A stretch of DNA of 64,000 nt from an uncultured delta proteobacterium (GTDB lineage Bacteria; Desulfobacterota; RBG-13-43-22), in assembly GCA_963802945.1 (NCBI GenBank), contig CAWDKY010000016.1, forward strand, positions 1-64,000, read 5' to 3'. Each line of letters starts with the position of its first letter. Positions within the stretch are counted from its first letter, which is position 1. The notes under the pieces were generated by a model that did not search any database, was not told the DNA's origin, and worked only from the letters and a program-made list of their open reading frames with translations. Positions 61,778 through 64,000 of this stretch are shown piece by piece. A program made the translations under genes and the position numbers.

Positions 61778-62035
61778 ACCTCGATGTTGCAAAAGTTTCG
61801 AAGGTTGCAGATCCGAGGCGTCCAGGGCGAAGCCGTATACGCATACTGCGAGTCCTGGACAACAAAGGAGATGCGGCCTTCCAAATTTTCCCGAAGGATA
61901 AAAATTGATCGATATTTTATTAAAATCCAAACTTCTTGTAGCGTGACTTTTGACACCAACTCTGAAATCATCAAAATAAACTGATTTCAAGGATAATAAC
62001 TTGTTCTTCGATAAATTTTTATGCAACTTCGAGGT
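61778..62035. mobile_element. MITE-like element
   Basis: TIR ACCTCGATGTTGCAAAA / TTTATGCAACTTCGAGGT; internal palindromic core. Confidence 0.7.
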
Positions 62036-62039
62036 GTTA

Positions 62040-62534
62040 CTACCTCATGCTATATCCGCGGGCATCAAGACAGGCACCCATTGCCCGTAGAAAGTCGGCG
62101 CTCTTCTGGGCTCTCTGATCAAGAGGCATGGAAGGTGACATCTTAGTTGGGTCGTATCCTGTCTGGCCCACAGCCCAACTGTGGCACCCATTACGATCAC
62201 TCTCCAGTTTCTCTTGGCTCTGACCTTGGCGGGGATAAATGAACACCTGGCCTCCCATCGGAGGGGCCTGACTATCTTTGTTGGTGGGAGCCTGACTAAC
62301 TTCGCCCGGAGGTGGGTAATAATACGGTGGAGGTGGGGAGTAATAGGCCGGAGGTGGATAATAATAGGCCGGGGGGTAGTAGTAACGTGGGGCCAGGCTC
62401 CAAGCCCACAAGGCACTGCCGATAATCAATCCGGGAAGAAACCATCCGCTCCCATGATAGGCCTCGGCCTGGTTGGACGGTATTAATAAGGTTAACATTA
62501 AAAGGATACCTAATAAACAAATGAGCTTTTTCAT
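62040..62534 (-). CDS. Exported Pro/Tyr-rich protein
   Basis: Signal peptide, YYYPPP repeats, C-terminal YPRQGQ...CHSWA...ACLDARGYS. Confidence 0.8.
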   Translation of the reverse strand: MKKLICLLGILLMLTLLIPSNQAEAYHGSGWFLPGLIIGSALWAWSLAPRYYYPPAYYYPPPAYYSPPPPYYYPPPGEVSQAPTNKDSQAPPMGGQVFIYPRQGQSQEKLESDRNGCHSWAVGQTGYDPTKMSPSMPLDQRAQKSADFLRAMGACLDARGYSMR

Positions 62535-62702
62535 GGGTTTTTTGACCTCCTTAAATAGGGTTCTCCTTCATCGACCCCTCTTCGCTTTTTTCCCATTTAG
62601 ATGCGGAATCCAGGGATCGGGTTAAATTAATTTTAACTCTTTTTCATGCCACTCTTCAATAGATTTTTTTATGAAGCCTTTTACTTGAGAATAAATCTCA
62701 AA

Positions 62703-63000
62703 TTAACAGGTTGCTGAAACCGGGCACCGCTCCGAAGGAGTGGGAGTGAGCCGAGATTTGGGGCGAACAAAAAGGCCCATCAATCCCGCCAACGGCGGGA
62801 TTGCTCTCATTCCTCCCCGCCTTTCTGCGGGGCAGGCTTATTGCGACGTACTTTTATGTACGCCTCATTCCTCAGAATTTCTTCGCATAAATGGCCATGC
62901 TCAGTCCCACCCCTTCGGGGCGGGTTCCCGGTTTCGGGCGCCTTGTATGTGGACCTTTTTGAGCAACCTGTAAAATATGTGTTTTTCAGCAAACTGTTAA
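62703..63000. mobile_element. MITE-like element with nested hairpins
   Basis: TIR TTAACAGGTTGCTGAAA / TTTCAGCAAACTGTTAA; core homologous to 14876-15050. Confidence 0.8.
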
Positions 63001-63112
63001 AGAAATGAGTCAGAAAAATGCGTCAGTTATTTAAATAGCCCACATACCAAGACCAAAGGCCCCTTTCTTAGGATCACCGGACTATTTGAGGCAAGCGATC
63101 AGAGTTCCCAAA

Positions 63113-63279
63113 GAGAAATGTGTATAAATTCTGGGAGGCTGCCCCTTTTTTTCCCCTTATCAGCTCCCATTTGTAAAGTCCAGACCTTCAAAGTCCCTTT
63201 TTCTTCAGAAGACGCCCTTCTTCCCTTTGCCTTTGGCCCTATTTTTTCCCTTGACGGTACCTTTTTCGTTCATTATACT
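63113..63279 (+). repeat. Repeated promoter-carrying module (copy 2)
   Basis: Inverted homolog of 34668-34833; ends TTGACG-17-TATACT upstream of the 63339 ORF. Confidence 0.75.
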
Positions 63280-63338
63280 TCCTCCATTCCAAAGAAAAGC
63301 CTTATCTAGAGTAGCTAAACCAAAAAAACAGGAGGTAA

Positions 63339-63881
63339 ATGATGAAACACAAAGTTTGCAAAAGGAGTAGTTCGGTAGCCTTGTTTCTGGCAGCAGCAAT
63401 GATGTTGGCCTTGGCCATTTCTCCGTCTATATCTTCGGCGGCAGTGTTCAACAACGATACTAAGCCGGCTTTCTCCGTCACTTATCCAAGCGATTGGGTG
63501 GCTAATCCTGATAACGTTAAACTATATCATGTATTGTTTAGCGCAAAAAATCCTGCCGGCATTCCCATTCTGAATGTACAGATTCGGGAAATTCCTGCCG
63601 GTGCTAAGCTTGAAGACACCGGAAAACTTTACAAGAAACTCATCCTCGATCCGGAACAAGGTGTTCCTACGGAAATCGTCTCAGACAAAGTGACCACCTT
63701 GAAGGACGGAACAAAGGTCAATGAAACCTTACTGAAATACAAATTTAAAAATTGGTTACCTCTTCAAGCGGTCGTTATTGCGGTCTTTAAGGACAACAAG
63801 TGGATACGTGTTGATGTTCACCAGTCAGTCAATGACGCCCCATCATGGGATATTGTCCGCTCGCTGACCTTTAAGAAATAG
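63339..63881 (+). CDS. Exported PsbP/Mog1-like protein
   Basis: Signal peptide, FSVTYPSDW, terminal IVRSLTF; GGAGG RBS. Confidence 0.65.
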   Translation: MMKHKVCKRSSSVALFLAAAMMLALAISPSISSAAVFNNDTKPAFSVTYPSDWVANPDNVKLYHVLFSAKNPAGIPILNVQIREIPAGAKLEDTGKLYKKLILDPEQGVPTEIVSDKVTTLKDGTKVNETLLKYKFKNWLPLQAVVIAVFKDNKWIRVDVHQSVNDAPSWDIVRSLTFKK

Positions 63882-63974
63882 TCGATCCAAAGCACGATGA
63901 TAGGAACGATGTCATAGAGCGAAGAACGGTTTTTAAAAATTCGTTATTTCCCTCCTAAGTATTTCTAATTTTCA

Positions 63975-64000
63975 GCGGTTGGAGTTTAATCTCCAACCGC
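63975..64000. terminator. Hairpin at the window edge (terminator or REP)
   Basis: GCGGTTGGAG-N6-CTCCAACCGC. Confidence 0.4.

Noticed and set aside
62296-62390. GGTGG/TAATA short repeats
   Set aside because: Explained by the YYYPPP coding repeats of the 62040-62534 protein

Overview
Chromosomal window from an anaerobic bacterium, most likely Desulfobacterota (Deltaproteobacteria). This is inferred from the split atpF'-F-H-A-G-D-C operon without atpIBE, the DsrMK-like/DsrE/TusA genes and the style of intergenic repeats. It holds the ATP synthase F1/stalk operon, msrAB, a MarR-DsrE-TusA-NarI/DsrM-like-HdrD/DsrK-like sulfur module, a LarA-family gene with an ECF transporter, an ECF-sigma/small membrane protein/signal peptidase I operon, glgP, rpiB, mgtA, hgcC-like + arsM, a decayed defence patch (hicBA, four-helix-bundle gene, internally deleted type IIG RM gene), a YbhGFSR-like ABC exporter with TolC, iscS-iscU-dsrE-tusA, a RAYT transposase with inverted ends, and an integron-type cassette (attC) with a nuclease-like gene but no integrase. 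Intergenic DNA is rich in MITE/REP-like elements, some nested, and in inverted-arm 7-9 nt tandem repeats. Five single-base frameshifts in the first 20 kb are probably sequencing errors. No rRNA, tRNA or CRISPR array was seen. All family calls come from motif recognition by eye, not database searches.
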